Positions 1 through 10,220 of a stretch of 64,000 nucleotides of DNA are shown here, piece by piece (positions within the stretch are counted from its first letter, which is position 1; each line of letters begins with the position of its first letter). Location of the stretch: assembly GCF_055900595.2 (NCBI RefSeq), contig NZ_CM148325.1; one strand, 5' to 3'. Below the pieces are notes generated by a model. The model was not told the origin of the DNA, made no database searches, and worked only from the letters and a program-made list of their open reading frames with translations. A program made the position numbers and the translations under genes.

Positions 1-122
1 ACATTCCGGTTGCCACCAACGTGGCAACGGCAGACTTCATTATCCAGTCACCGCATTTCAACGACGCGGTCGATATTCTGATCCCCGATTATCAGCGTTA
101 TCTCGCGGACCGTCTGAAGTAA
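1..122 (+). CDS. mgsA: Methylglyoxal synthase, C-terminal fragment (5' end lies outside window)
   Basis: Frame-3 translation ends ...[32 protein letters not shown] followed by TAA at 120-122; matches recalled MgsA C-terminus and expected position convergent with helD. Confidence 0.8.
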
Positions 123-153
123 TATTACACAGGTGGCAAACGCCACCTGTTTC

Positions 154-2208
154 CTACGGTTTTCTCGCCACCGGCACATCCAGATTTTTCAGTATTTCGA
201 CAAAGGGAGAGGGATTCTCTTTGTTAAACAATGCCCATACCCGATGACGTGCCCGGGTCAGCGCCACGTACATTAACCGCCGTTCTTCAGCGTCCGGAAA
301 ATCCTCAACCGGGGGTAGTAGCGCCTCTTCCATAATCGACTCCCGCGCCGCAGCCGGAAAACCATCACTCCCCTCCTGCAAGCCAACGATGATGACGTAA
401 TCCGCCTGTTGCCCTTTGCTGGCATGAATGGTCATAAAGTCGATTTGCAACTTCGGCCAGCGTGTTGCCGCTTTTTCCAGGCTGGCAGGCCTCATGTGAT
501 GGTAACGCGCCAGGATCAGAATGCGCTCTTCCGGTTTGGCATAACCAGAGAGCTTATCCAGCAAAGCGTCAAGATGGCTCTCATCCAATAACGTGACGGC
601 TTTTTTGTCTCCATTGGTTAAGCTGTTTAGCGGCTTTTTCAGCTGGCCTGGGTTCTGCTGAATAAACCGGTTTGCCACCTCACCGATACGACTGTTAAAA
701 CGGTAAGTCGTGTCTAAATCACAGCGATCGCCTTCTCCAAAGTTTTCATGGAAAGCGGTGGTGAGCGACATTTGCGCACCGCTGAAACGGTAAATCGCCT
801 GCCAGTCATCACCAACAGCGAACAACGTCGTTTGACTGTTTTGCTTGCGCAATGCCGCTAACAACGCTGCACGCTGCGGCGAGATATCCTGAAATTCATC
901 AACCAGAATATGCTTCCACGGGCTGATAAAGCGACCTTTCTCCAGAATCACAATCGCCTGGTGAATAAGGCCCGAAAAATCGACAGCGTTTTCTGCCTTC
1001 AGCGCACCTTTCCAGGCTTTTAATAACGGAGCCATCAACTTGATACGTTTACTGAACAGATCGCGAATCTCTTCGGGCGCACTGGCAATCATTTCTGCCT
1101 GTACACCACCGTGCATCCGCATCAGACTTACCCAGCGATCGAGGCGTGAGGCAAGACGACGCTGTAATTTTTCATCATCCCAGAAGTTGCCTTCTGGCAC
1201 TGACCACTGCATTTCTTCCGTCAGCCATTGCCGCCAGCCCTTCGCCTGCGCTTTCTTTTCGCTGCATTGCTTGCGCCACTCAGCAATAAAAAGTTCATGA
1301 CGGGCAGCGGTATCATTTTCCAGTCTGCTGACTATCGGAACTTTTTTGCTGCCCTGCTGAATAATATGCAGCGCCAGCGCATGAAATGTGCGTGCGGTAA
1401 TGTCTTCGGTATGTAGCCGTTCTCGGATACGCTCGTCCATCTCTTCAGCGGCTTTGCGACCAAACGCCAGCAATAAAATTTGCTCAGGGAACGCTTCACC
1501 ACGCGCCAGCAACCAGCCTGCACGGGCCACCAGCACCGACGTTTTTCCGCTTCCTGCACCTGCCAGCACTAACAGAGAATGCTCGCCATTAACGACTGCC
1601 CGGGCCTGCGCCGGATTCAGCGGTGAAGATTCGACCTGGCGGAAAAAATCCACATACTCGGTAAGCATGGCTTCTGTATACGCCTGATTATGCTGCAACC
1701 GTGCGCCTTCAATATCTTTCAACCAGGCCTGACATTTACGCCACGCCTCACGGCAGTTATCGAATTCTTCCAGTCGGTTAACCGGCAACGGCAACGCCGA
1801 CAAAGCCTGGCGGATTTGTTGCTGCACGCCAGAAGTTTGCTCACGCGTCAGCCATTTATTTTCTCCGGTACGCGTGGCAATCAAATCCAGTTGCTGGCGT
1901 AAAACACCAGCCGCAATTTCGCTCATCTCCCCACTCCACCGCCGCCAGTGAGCATCAAGATGATGGTAAAAACGCTGCGTCTCGCCCCATTCGGTGCCGT
2001 GCAGACGCACCACTTTTTCGTCCGGCAGTACAAATTCCAGCTCGCCCCATACCAGACCGCGCTTACAGTGAATTGCCAGTAATTGATTGAAAGGAATAAG
2101 GTATTCGTGGCGATCGCCGGAGACTTTAATCCCGGCATTGAGGATCATCGCCCGATCGTAAGGGTGCTGTGCCAGACGTTTTCCAAGCGTTGTCGCTTTC
2201 AGTTCCAT
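154..2208 (-). CDS. helD: DNA helicase IV (UvrD/Rep superfamily)
   Basis: ORF 154..2301; canonical ATG at 2208 (MELKATTLGKRLAQHPYDRA...) gives 684 aa; Walker A motif GAGSGKTSVL present. Confidence 0.93.
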   Translation of the reverse strand: MELKATTLGKRLAQHPYDRAMILNAGIKVSGDRHEYLIPFNQLLAIHCKRGLVWGELEFVLPDEKVVRLHGTEWGETQRFYHHLDAHWRRWSGEMSEIAAGVLRQQLDLIATRTGENKWLTREQTSGVQQQIRQALSALPLPVNRLEEFDNCREAWRKCQAWLKDIEGARLQHNQAYTEAMLTEYVDFFRQVESSPLNPAQARAVVNGEHSLLVLAGAGSGKTSVLVARAGWLLARGEAFPEQILLLAFGRKAAEEMDERIRERLHTEDITARTFHALALHIIQQGSKKVPIVSRLENDTAARHELFIAEWRKQCSEKKAQAKGWRQWLTEEMQWSVPEGNFWDDEKLQRRLASRLDRWVSLMRMHGGVQAEMIASAPEEIRDLFSKRIKLMAPLLKAWKGALKAENAVDFSGLIHQAIVILEKGRFISPWKHILVDEFQDISPQRAALLAALRKQNSQTTLFAVGDDWQAIYRFSGAQMSLTTAFHENFGEGDRCDLDTTYRFNSRIGEVANRFIQQNPGQLKKPLNSLTNGDKKAVTLLDESHLDALLDKLSGYAKPEERILILARYHHMRPASLEKAATRWPKLQIDFMTIHASKGQQADYVIIVGLQEGSDGFPAAARESIMEEALLPPVEDFPDAEERRLMYVALTRARHRVWALFNKENPSPFVEILKNLDVPVARKP

Positions 2209-2330
2209 GACTCTGTAGATCCACACGAAATGATTTCTTATCAGTGTAACCGTCAGAGAAAACGTGCTCCAGCCCAAAAAAACGTTACAATTGCCGCCCA
2301 TTACTGAAAACCACAGTAAAGCGAGGTTTT

Positions 2331-2777
2331 ATGCGTACCGTTTTGAACATTCTGAACTTTGTGCTTGGCGGATTTGCCACCACTCTGGGCTGGCTGTTGG
2401 CGACTCTGGTCAGTATTGTGCTAATTTTTACCTTACCGCTGACACGATCCTGCTGGGAGATCACTAAACTGTCTCTGGTGCCTTATGGCAATGAAGCTAT
2501 TCATGTCGATGAACTGAACCCGGCTGGCAAAAATGTGCTGCTGAATACTGGCGGTACGGTATTGAATATTTTCTGGCTGATTTTCTTTGGCTGGTGGTTA
2601 TGCCTGATGCACATTGCAACGGGCATCGCACAATGTATTTCCATCATTGGCATTCCTGTCGGCATTGCGAACTTTAAAATTGCCGCTATTGCACTATGGC
2701 CGGTCGGTCGTCGCGTGGTATCGGTAGAAACAGCGCAAGCTGCGCGTGAAGCCAATGCACGTCGTCGTTTTGAATAA
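2331..2777 (+). CDS. yccF: Inner membrane protein YccF
   Basis: 148-aa hydrophobic ORF MRTVLNILNFVLGGFATTLGW..., divergent from helD as in K-12. Confidence 0.9.
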   Translation: MRTVLNILNFVLGGFATTLGWLLATLVSIVLIFTLPLTRSCWEITKLSLVPYGNEAIHVDELNPAGKNVLLNTGGTVLNIFWLIFFGWWLCLMHIATGIAQCISIIGIPVGIANFKIAAIALWPVGRRVVSVETAQAAREANARRRFE

Positions 2778-2795
2778 TCCACTAATATGGCCTTT

Positions 2796-4949
2796 ATGCT
2801 AAGTCCTTTGCTCAAACGCTATACCTGGAACAGCGCCTGGCTGTATTACGCGCGTATTTTTATTGCGCTTTGTGGAACCACAGCGTTTCCGTGGTGGCTG
2901 GGTGATGTAAAACTGACGATTCCGCTGACGCTGGGGATGGTGGCAGCGGCGCTGACCGATCTCGATGACCGGCTGGCGGGACGTTTGCGTAACCTCATCA
3001 TTACGCTGTTCTGCTTTTTTATCGCCTCGGCCTCAGTAGAATTGCTGTTTCCCTGGCCCTGGCTATTTGCAATTGGTTTAACGCTCTCTACCAGCGGCTT
3101 CATTTTGCTCGGCGGTCTGGGTCAACGCTATGCAACAATTGCCTTCGGTGCGTTACTGATCGCCATTTACACTATGTTGGGGACGTCACTGTATGAGCAC
3201 TGGTATCAGCAGCCGATGTATCTGCTGGCCGGTGCCGTCTGGTACAACGTCCTGACACTTATTGGTCATCTACTGTTCCCGGTCCGCCCGTTACAGGACA
3301 ACCTGGCGCGTTGCTATGAACAACTGGCGCGTTATCTTGAGCTAAAGTCGCGCATGTTTGATCCTGATATTGAAGATGAAAGCCAAGCACCGCTGTACGA
3401 TTTGGCTCTCGCCAACGGACAGCTGATGGCGACATTGAATCAGACGAAACTCTCGCTGCTGACCCGTTTACGTGGCGATCGTGGTCAACGGGGAACGCGT
3501 CGCACGCTGCATTATTACTTTGTCGCGCAGGATATTCACGAGCGTGCCAGCTCTTCTCATATTCAGTATCAAACATTGCGTGAACATTTTCGCCACAGCG
3601 ACGTGCTGTTCCGTTTTCAGCGACTGATGTCGATGCAGGGCCAGGCGTGCCAGCAACTGTCACGCTGTATTTTGCTGCGTCAGCCTTATCAACATGATCC
3701 GCATTTTGAGCGCGCTTTTACGCATATTGATGCTGCGCTGGAGCGGATGCGCGATAACGGCGCGCCTGCCGATTTACTCAAAACACTGGGATTTTTGCTG
3801 AACAATTTACGCGCTATTGATGCCCAACTGGCAACAATTGAATCAGAACAGGCCCAGGCACTGCCCCATAATAATGACGAAAATGAGCTCGCTGATGACA
3901 GCCCGCACGGATTGAGTGATATCTGGCTGCGTCTTAGCCGTCACTTCACACCGGAATCCGCCCTCTTCCGTCATGCGGTAAGAATGTCGCTGGTGTTGTG
4001 CTTCGGCTACGCCATCATTCAGATAACCGGAATGCATCACGGGTATTGGATCTTGCTGACAAGTTTGTTTGTCTGCCAGCCAAACTATAACGCCACGCGC
4101 CACCGCCTGAAGTTAAGGATTATTGGTACGCTGGTAGGTATCGCCATTGGCATTCCTGTGCTGTGGTTTGTGCCGTCACTGGAAGGGCAGCTGGTGCTGC
4201 TGGTTATTACCGGCGTGCTCTTTTTTGCCTTCCGTAACGTGCAATATGCCCATGCAACGATGTTCATCACACTTTTGGTGCTACTTTGTTTTAACTTGCT
4301 GGGTGAAGGTTTTGAAGTGGCGTTACCTCGCGTAATCGATACGCTGATTGGTTGTGCCATTGCGTGGGCGGCGGTGAGCTACATCTGGCCTGACTGGAAG
4401 TTTCGCAATCTGCCGCGCATGCTCGAACGTGCCACCGAGGCCAACTGTCGCTATCTCGATGCCATACTGGAGCAATACCATCAGGGGCGTGATAACCGTC
4501 TGGCGTATCGTATTGCCCGCCGCGATGCACACAACCGTGATGCTGAACTGGCGTCGGTGGTATCAAATATGTCCAGCGAGCCGAACGTTACCCCGCAAAT
4601 TCGCGAGGCCGCGTTTCGGTTGCTGTGCCTTAACCATACGTTTACCAGCTATATCTCAGCCCTCGGTGCTCACCGGGAGCAGTTAACTAATCCTGAAATT
4701 CTGGCGTTTCTTGATGACGCAGTTTGCTATGTTGATGACGCGCTACATCATCAACCTGCTGATGAAGAACGCGTCAATCAGGCATTAGCTGACCTGAAAC
4801 AGCGGATGCAGCAACTTGAACCACGGGCAGACAGCAAAGAACCTCTGGTCGTACAACAAGTCGGGTTATTGATTGCATTACTGCCAGAGATTGGTCGTCT
4901 GCAACGCCAGATTACTCAAGTTCCGCAGGAAACTCCTGTTTCGGCGTAA
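2796..4949 (+). CDS. yccS: Putative inner-membrane efflux/transport protein YccS
   Basis: ORF 2787..4949; start set at ATG 2796 (MLSPLLKRYTWNSAWLYYARIF...) for 717 aa; multi-TM hydrophobic segments. Confidence 0.9.
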   Translation: MLSPLLKRYTWNSAWLYYARIFIALCGTTAFPWWLGDVKLTIPLTLGMVAAALTDLDDRLAGRLRNLIITLFCFFIASASVELLFPWPWLFAIGLTLSTSGFILLGGLGQRYATIAFGALLIAIYTMLGTSLYEHWYQQPMYLLAGAVWYNVLTLIGHLLFPVRPLQDNLARCYEQLARYLELKSRMFDPDIEDESQAPLYDLALANGQLMATLNQTKLSLLTRLRGDRGQRGTRRTLHYYFVAQDIHERASSSHIQYQTLREHFRHSDVLFRFQRLMSMQGQACQQLSRCILLRQPYQHDPHFERAFTHIDAALERMRDNGAPADLLKTLGFLLNNLRAIDAQLATIESEQAQALPHNNDENELADDSPHGLSDIWLRLSRHFTPESALFRHAVRMSLVLCFGYAIIQITGMHHGYWILLTSLFVCQPNYNATRHRLKLRIIGTLVGIAIGIPVLWFVPSLEGQLVLLVITGVLFFAFRNVQYAHATMFITLLVLLCFNLLGEGFEVALPRVIDTLIGCAIAWAAVSYIWPDWKFRNLPRMLERATEANCRYLDAILEQYHQGRDNRLAYRIARRDAHNRDAELASVVSNMSSEPNVTPQIREAAFRLLCLNHTFTSYISALGAHREQLTNPEILAFLDDAVCYVDDALHHQPADEERVNQALADLKQRMQQLEPRADSKEPLVVQQVGLLIALLPEIGRLQRQITQVPQETPVSA

Positions 4950-5541
4950 GAGAGTCAGCCCATTCTGCAAGCTCCTGGCGGCGTGCCACCGGGAGCGCAG
5001 CTTCATGAATGCCGATAATGGCCCCTTCAAGCATAAACAGAATCTTTTCTGTCACCAGACTGTTTTGCTGCCGCAGTCGCAACCAACACATTTTTGCCCC
5101 AAGTATACGTAACGCCCGTACATCCTTAATCCCCACCTCCCCGAGTATCGCTTCCAGATGAAAAGACATATTGGGCAAATCTTTCAGTCTTTCCCGGGTA
5201 TTGCGCGTGCTTTTCTCTTTCAGCGCTGCATCGAGAGAATATTTCGACAGACGCACCAGCTTCAGTTGATTTCGCCATAGACTTTCATCAACCCGATAGT
5301 AATTGAGGGTAACGGATCGGCCACACTTTTTATATGTCAGCCAGACAGGCGGATGTTTTACACAGTACTGTGCACTTTGCTCACAAGCCCGAAGATACAA
5401 CTCACCATCAGAAACCATCGCAAACACCGTGTCGTCAACGGTCAGGCTGTAACTACCAAACAATGATCGGTATTCAATTGTGCCCAACGTTGCCAGGTAT
5501 TCTTGTGATTTATAGATCCGCTTATAGGAGAGGCTTTTCAT
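4912..5541 (-). CDS. sxy: Competence regulator Sxy/TfoX
   Basis: 209-aa ORF MKSLSYKRIYKSQEYLATLGTIEYRSLFGSYSLTVDD...; ATG at 5541; 3' end overlaps yccS 3' end by 38 bp. Confidence 0.9.
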   Translation of the reverse strand: MKSLSYKRIYKSQEYLATLGTIEYRSLFGSYSLTVDDTVFAMVSDGELYLRACEQSAQYCVKHPPVWLTYKKCGRSVTLNYYRVDESLWRNQLKLVRLSKYSLDAALKEKSTRNTRERLKDLPNMSFHLEAILGEVGIKDVRALRILGAKMCWLRLRQQNSLVTEKILFMLEGAIIGIHEAALPVARRQELAEWADSLTPKQEFPAELE

Positions 5542-5717
5542 AAAATTCCTTTTAAAATCATAACATAAAAGAATGATTCACATTAACGGATCCGTTAACT
5601 ACGAAAATAGGCAACTTATTCTTAAGGGGCAAGATTAATTTATGTTTTCCCGTCACTAACGACAAAATTTGCGAGGCTCTTTCCGAAAATAGGGTTGATC
5701 TTTGTCGTCACTGGATG

Positions 5718-5737
5718 TACTGTACATCCATACAGTA
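5718..5737. promoter_or_regulatory. LexA operator (SOS box) of sulA
   Basis: TACTGTACATCCATACAGTA, a CTGT-N8-ACAG SOS box 23 bp upstream of the sulA ATG. Confidence 0.85.
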
Positions 5738-5759
5738 ACTCACAGGGGCTGGATTGATT

Positions 5760-6269
5760 ATGTACACTTCAGGCTATGCACATCGTTCTTCGTCGTTCTC
5801 ATCCGCAGCAAGTAAAATTGCGCGTGTCTCTACGGAAAACACTACAGCCGGGCTTATCAGTGAAGTTGTCTATCGCGAAGATCAGCCCATGATGACGCAA
5901 CTTCTACTGTTGCCATTGTTACAGCAACTCGGTCAGCAATCGCGCTGGCAACTCTGGTTAACACCGCAACAAAAACTGAGTCGGGAATGGGTTCAGGCAT
6001 CTGGGCTACCCTTAACGAAAGTGATGCAGATTAGCCAGCTCTCCCCTTGCCACACTGTGGAGTCAATGGTTCGCGCTTTACGCACGGGCAATTACAGTGT
6101 GGTGATCGGTTGGTTGGCAGATGATTTGACTGAAGAAGAGCATGCTGAACTTGTTGATGCGGCAAATGAAGGTAACGCTATGGGGTTTATTATGCGTCCG
6201 GTAAGCGCATCCTCTCACGCAACGAGACAACTTTCCGGGCTAAAAATTCACTCTAATTTGTATCATTAA
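5760..6269 (+). CDS. sulA: SOS-induced cell division inhibitor SulA
   Basis: ATG at 5760 gives [58 protein letters not shown]..., 169 aa (ORF track starts at upstream TTG 5754). Confidence 0.93.
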
Positions 6270-6492
6270 GTAAATTTAGGATTAATCCTGGAACTTTTTT
6301 TGTCGCCCAGCCAATGCTTTCAGTCGTGACTAATTTTCCTTGCAGAGGCTTGTCTGAAGCGGTTTCCGCGGTTTTCTTCTGTAAATTGTCGCTGACAAAA
6401 AAGATTAAACGTACCTTATACAAGACTTTTTTTTCATATGCCTGACGGAGTTCACACTTGTAAGTTTTCAACTACGTTGTAGACTTTACATC

Positions 6493-6625
6493 GCCAGGGG
6501 TGCTCGGCATAAGCCGAAGATATCGGTAGAGTTAATATTGAGCAGATCCCCCGGTGAAGGATTTAACCGTGTTATCTCGTTGGAGATATTCATGGCGTAT
6601 TTTGGATGATAACGAGGCGCAAAAA
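6493..6625 (+). promoter_or_regulatory. ompA long 5' UTR (stabilising leader; Hfq/MicA/RNase E target)
   Basis: GCCAGGGGTGCTCGGCATAAGCCGAAGATATCGGTAGAGTTAATATTGAGCAGATCCCCCGGTGAAGG...GCGCAAAAAATG matches the recalled ~133-nt ompA leader; boundary is from memory of the P2 start. Confidence 0.6.
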
Positions 6626-7678
6626 ATGAAAAAGACAGCTATCGCGATTGCAGTGGCACTGGCTGGTTTCGCTACCGTAGCGCAGGCCGCTCCGAAAGAT
6701 AACACCTGGTACACTGGTGCTAAACTGGGCTGGTCCCAGTACCATGACACTGGTTTCATCAACAACAATGGTCCGACCCACGAAAACCAACTGGGTGCAG
6801 GTGCTTTTGGTGGTTACCAGGTTAACCCGTATGTTGGCTTTGAAATGGGTTACGACTGGTTAGGTCGTATGCCGTACAAAGGCGACAACATCAATGGCGC
6901 ATATAAAGCTCAGGGCGTTCAACTGACCGCCAAACTGGGTTACCCAATCACTGACGATCTGGACATCTACACTCGTCTGGGTGGTATGGTATGGCGTGCA
7001 GACACCAAGGCTAACGTACCTGGTGGCGCATCCTTTAAAGACCACGATACCGGTGTTTCTCCGGTCTTCGCTGGCGGTGTTGAGTACGCGATCACTCCTG
7101 AAATCGCTACCCGTCTGGAATACCAGTGGACCAACAACATCGGTGACGCACACACCATCGGTACTCGTCCGGACAACGGCCTGCTGAGCCTGGGTGTTTC
7201 CTACCGTTTCGGTCAGGGCGAAGCAGCTCCAGTAGTTGCTCCGGCACCAGCTCCGGCACCGGAAGTACAGACCAAGCACTTCACTCTGAAGTCTGACGTT
7301 CTGTTCAACTTCAACAAAGCAACCCTGAAACCGGAAGGTCAGGCTGCTCTGGATCAGCTGTACAGCCAGCTGAGCAACCTGGATCCGAAAGACGGTTCCG
7401 TAGTTGTTCTGGGTTACACTGACCGCATCGGTTCTGACGCTTACAACCAGGGTCTGTCCGAGCGTCGTGCTCAGTCCGTTGTTGATTACCTGATCTCTAA
7501 AGGTATCCCGGCAGACAAAATCTCTGCACGTGGTATGGGTGAATCCAACCCGGTTACTGGCAACACCTGTGACAACGTGAAACAGCGTGCTGCGCTGATC
7601 GACTGCCTGGCTCCGGATCGTCGCGTAGAGATCGAAGTTAAAGGCATCAAAGACGTTGTAACTCAGCCGCAGGCTTAA
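6626..7678 (+). CDS. ompA: Outer membrane protein A (non-K-12 loop allele)
   Basis: ATG 6626 [21 protein letters not shown] signal peptide, beta-barrel domain, APAPAPAP hinge, C-terminal OmpA-like peptidoglycan-binding domain; ORF track start 6554 is an in-frame upstream extension. Confidence 0.95.
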   Translation: MKKTAIAIAVALAGFATVAQAAPKDNTWYTGAKLGWSQYHDTGFINNNGPTHENQLGAGAFGGYQVNPYVGFEMGYDWLGRMPYKGDNINGAYKAQGVQLTAKLGYPITDDLDIYTRLGGMVWRADTKANVPGGASFKDHDTGVSPVFAGGVEYAITPEIATRLEYQWTNNIGDAHTIGTRPDNGLLSLGVSYRFGQGEAAPVVAPAPAPAPEVQTKHFTLKSDVLFNFNKATLKPEGQAALDQLYSQLSNLDPKDGSVVVLGYTDRIGSDAYNQGLSERRAQSVVDYLISKGIPADKISARGMGESNPVTGNTCDNVKQRAALIDCLAPDRRVEIEVKGIKDVVTQPQA

Positions 7679-7693
7679 GTTATCGTCTGATAG

Positions 7694-7721
7694 AAAAACC
7701 CCGCAGCTGCGGGGTTTTTTT
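7694..7721 (+). terminator. Rho-independent terminator of ompA
   Basis: AAAAACCCCGCAGCTGCGGGGTTTTTTT: GC stem CCCCGCAG/CTGCGGGG followed by T7 run. Confidence 0.7.
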
Positions 7722-7753
7722 CGCCTTGCGTAAATTGAACTGACTCTCGACAG

Positions 7754-8206
7754 TTATTCCTTACCCAGCAATGCCTGCAGATCCTGCTTTAAAGAAGACA
7801 TTTTATTCGCGTATTTCTCTTTGTTTTCCGCATCTTCAATCAGCTGAACAATCGTTTCGGAAAGTGTTTTACCGCGACGCTGCGCAAGACCAGCCAGACG
7901 TTGCCAGACAATAAATTCCAGATCGATCGATTTTTTGCGCGTATGCTGGTGTTCCGCATTAAAATGGCGCTTTCGTCTGGCCCGAATGGTCTGCTTCATG
8001 CGATTGACCAGCTCTGGATTCATATGCTTGTCAATCCAGCCATTTACCAGCACGGGTTCATTTTCCAGCGAGAGCAACACATCGACGGCTTCCTGGGCGG
8101 CACTGGCTTCTATGTAACGGGTGATTAACTCCCCTTCGCGGTGCTTCTTCACCAGATACTTCCATTTCCAACCGCTTTCAAGATTTTCAAGTTGTTGATA
8201 TTTCAT
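7754..8206 (-). CDS. matP: Macrodomain Ter organiser MatP
   Basis: 150-aa [85 protein letters not shown]...; ATG at 8206. Confidence 0.93.
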
Positions 8207-8391
8207 AGCGATCTCAATGTTACCGTGTAACTCTTTACAGAATATCAGCTTTTTAGGCCAGTGAAGAAAAGAATCTCCATCCTGTGAGCTTTAACGCCCA
8301 TGCCAGGAGTATTGTCGGTGCTTTCTACGTGTGCTGCAGTGCCGGTTACGGTATAATCGCGGCTTTGACAACAGACTAAAAAACATCAACT

Positions 8392-10152
8392 TTGACCATT
8401 ACGAAACTTGCATGGCGTGACCTGCTTCCTGATACCGATAGCTATCAGGAAATATTTGCTCAGCCACATTTGATTGACGAAAACGATCCTTTATTCAGTG
8501 ATACTCAACCGCGACTGCAATTTGCGCTGGAGCAGTTGCTGCATACGCGAGCATCCTCCTCTTTCATGCTGGCGAAGGCCCCGGAAGAGTCTGAGTATCT
8601 GAATCTTATTGCCGATGCCGCGCGTGCGCTACAAAGCGATGCAGGCCAACTGGTGGGCGGTCACTATGAGGTTTCCGGCCACACCATCCGCTTACGTAAC
8701 GCAGTGAGTGCAGATGATAATTTTGCGACTTTAACGCAAGTTGTCGCTGCCGACTGGGTAGAAGCGGAACAACTCTTTGGCTGCCTGCGCCAGTTTAATG
8801 GTGACATTACCCTGCAGCCAGGTCTGGTGCATCAGGCAAATGGCGGTATTCTCATCGTCTCTTTGCGTACACTGCTGGCGCAACCTCTGCTGTGGATGCG
8901 GCTGAAAAATATCGTTAACCGCGAGCGTTTTGACTGGGTTGCGTTTGATGAGTCGCGCCCTCTCCCCGTCTCTGTGCCTTCGATGCCATTGAAGCTGAAA
9001 GTCATTCTGGTAGGCGAACGCGAATCATTAGCTGATTTCCAGGAGATGGAGCCAGAGCTTGCTGAGCAGGCTATTTATAGCGAATTTGAAGATACTCTGC
9101 AGATTGTCGATGCGGAGTCAGTAAACCAGTGGTGTCGTTGGGTGACATTTACCGCCAGACATAACCACTTACCTGCACCGGGAGCGGATGCCTGGCCGGT
9201 ACTTATTCGCGAAGCCGCACGCTACACCGGTGAACAAGAAACACTGCCGCTTAGCCCGCAGTGGATCCTCCGCCAGTGTAAAGAGGTCGCCTCACTGTGT
9301 GATGGCGACACCTTCTCCGGCGAGCAGCTAAACTTAATGTTACAGCAGCGTGAATGGCGCGAAGGTTTCCTCGCTGAACGCATGCAGGATGAGATCCTTC
9401 AGGAGCAAATCCTGATTGAAACCGAAGGCGAACGCATCGGGCAAATTAACGCCCTTTCGGTCATTGAATTTCCGGGTCATCCGCGCGCTTTTGGCGAACC
9501 TTCTCGCATTAGCTGCGTTGTACATATTGGCGATGGTGAATTCACTGACATCGAACGCAAAGCGGAGCTTGGCGGCAATATCCATGCGAAAGGGATGATG
9601 ATCATGCAGGCGTTCCTGATGTCGGAACTTCAGCTTGAGCAACAGATCCCCTTCTCAGCATCGCTGACATTTGAGCAGTCATATAGCGAAGTGGATGGCG
9701 ATAGTGCCTCAATGGCTGAACTCTGCGCCCTGATAAGCGCCCTCGCCGATGTGCCGGTGAATCAGAGTATTGCTATCACAGGTTCAGTCGATCAATTCGG
9801 TCGCGCCCAGCCAGTCGGTGGTTTAAATGAGAAAATCGAAGGCTTCTTTGCTATTTGCCAGCAACGTGAGTTAACGGGGAAACAAGGTGTCATTATCCCC
9901 ACTGCTAACGTTCGCCATTTAAGTCTTCACAGTGAACTGGTGAAAGCAGTAGAGGAAGGCAAATTCACCATCTGGGCAGTAGACGATGTGACTGAAGCAC
10001 TGCCGTTATTATTAAATCTGGTGTGGGATGGCGAGGGCCAAACGACGCTGATGCAAACCATCCAGGAACGTATCGCGCAAGCATCGCAACAGGAAGGACG
10101 TCATCGTTTTCCATGGCCATTACGTTGGCTGAACTGGTTTATTCCGAACTGA
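8392..10152 (+). CDS. ycbZ: Lon-like protease YcbZ
   Basis: 586-aa [25 protein letters not shown]... with C-terminal Lon proteolytic-domain-like region (...[17 protein letters not shown]...); annotated start codon is TTG at 8392. Confidence 0.88.
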
Positions 10153-10163
10153 TCGGACTTGTT
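10147..10163. promoter_or_regulatory. FadR activator site of the fabA promoter
   Basis: AACTGATCGGACTTGTT matches FadR consensus AACTGGTCNGACCTGTT; lies ~60 bp upstream of the fabA ATG. Confidence 0.5.
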
Positions 10164-10164
10164 C

Positions 10165-10182
10165 AGCGTACACGTGTTAGCT
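10165..10182. promoter_or_regulatory. Putative FabR repressor site
   Basis: AGCGTACACGTGTTAGCT with central palindrome ACACGTGT immediately downstream of the FadR site; assignment from recalled fabA promoter architecture. Confidence 0.4.
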
Positions 10183-10220
10183 ATCCTGCGTGCTTCAATA
10201 AAATAAGGCTTACAGAGAAC

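Noticed and set aside
5583-5598. BamHI-containing palindrome as a synthetic linker or cloning scar
   Set aside because: Flanking sequence on both sides is native sxy/sulA intergenic DNA with intact LexA box and gene starts; no vector-like sequence. Retained as a low-interest native dyad.
6554-6625. N-terminal extensions in the ORF track (ompA from 6554; likewise fabA from 10023, pyrD to 21804, pncB from 29286, asnS from 30660, pqiB to 13492, ycaI to 56565)
   Set aside because: Extensions arise from upstream in-frame alternative start codons; canonical starts were chosen where the downstream ATG reproduces the known N-terminus or signal peptide.
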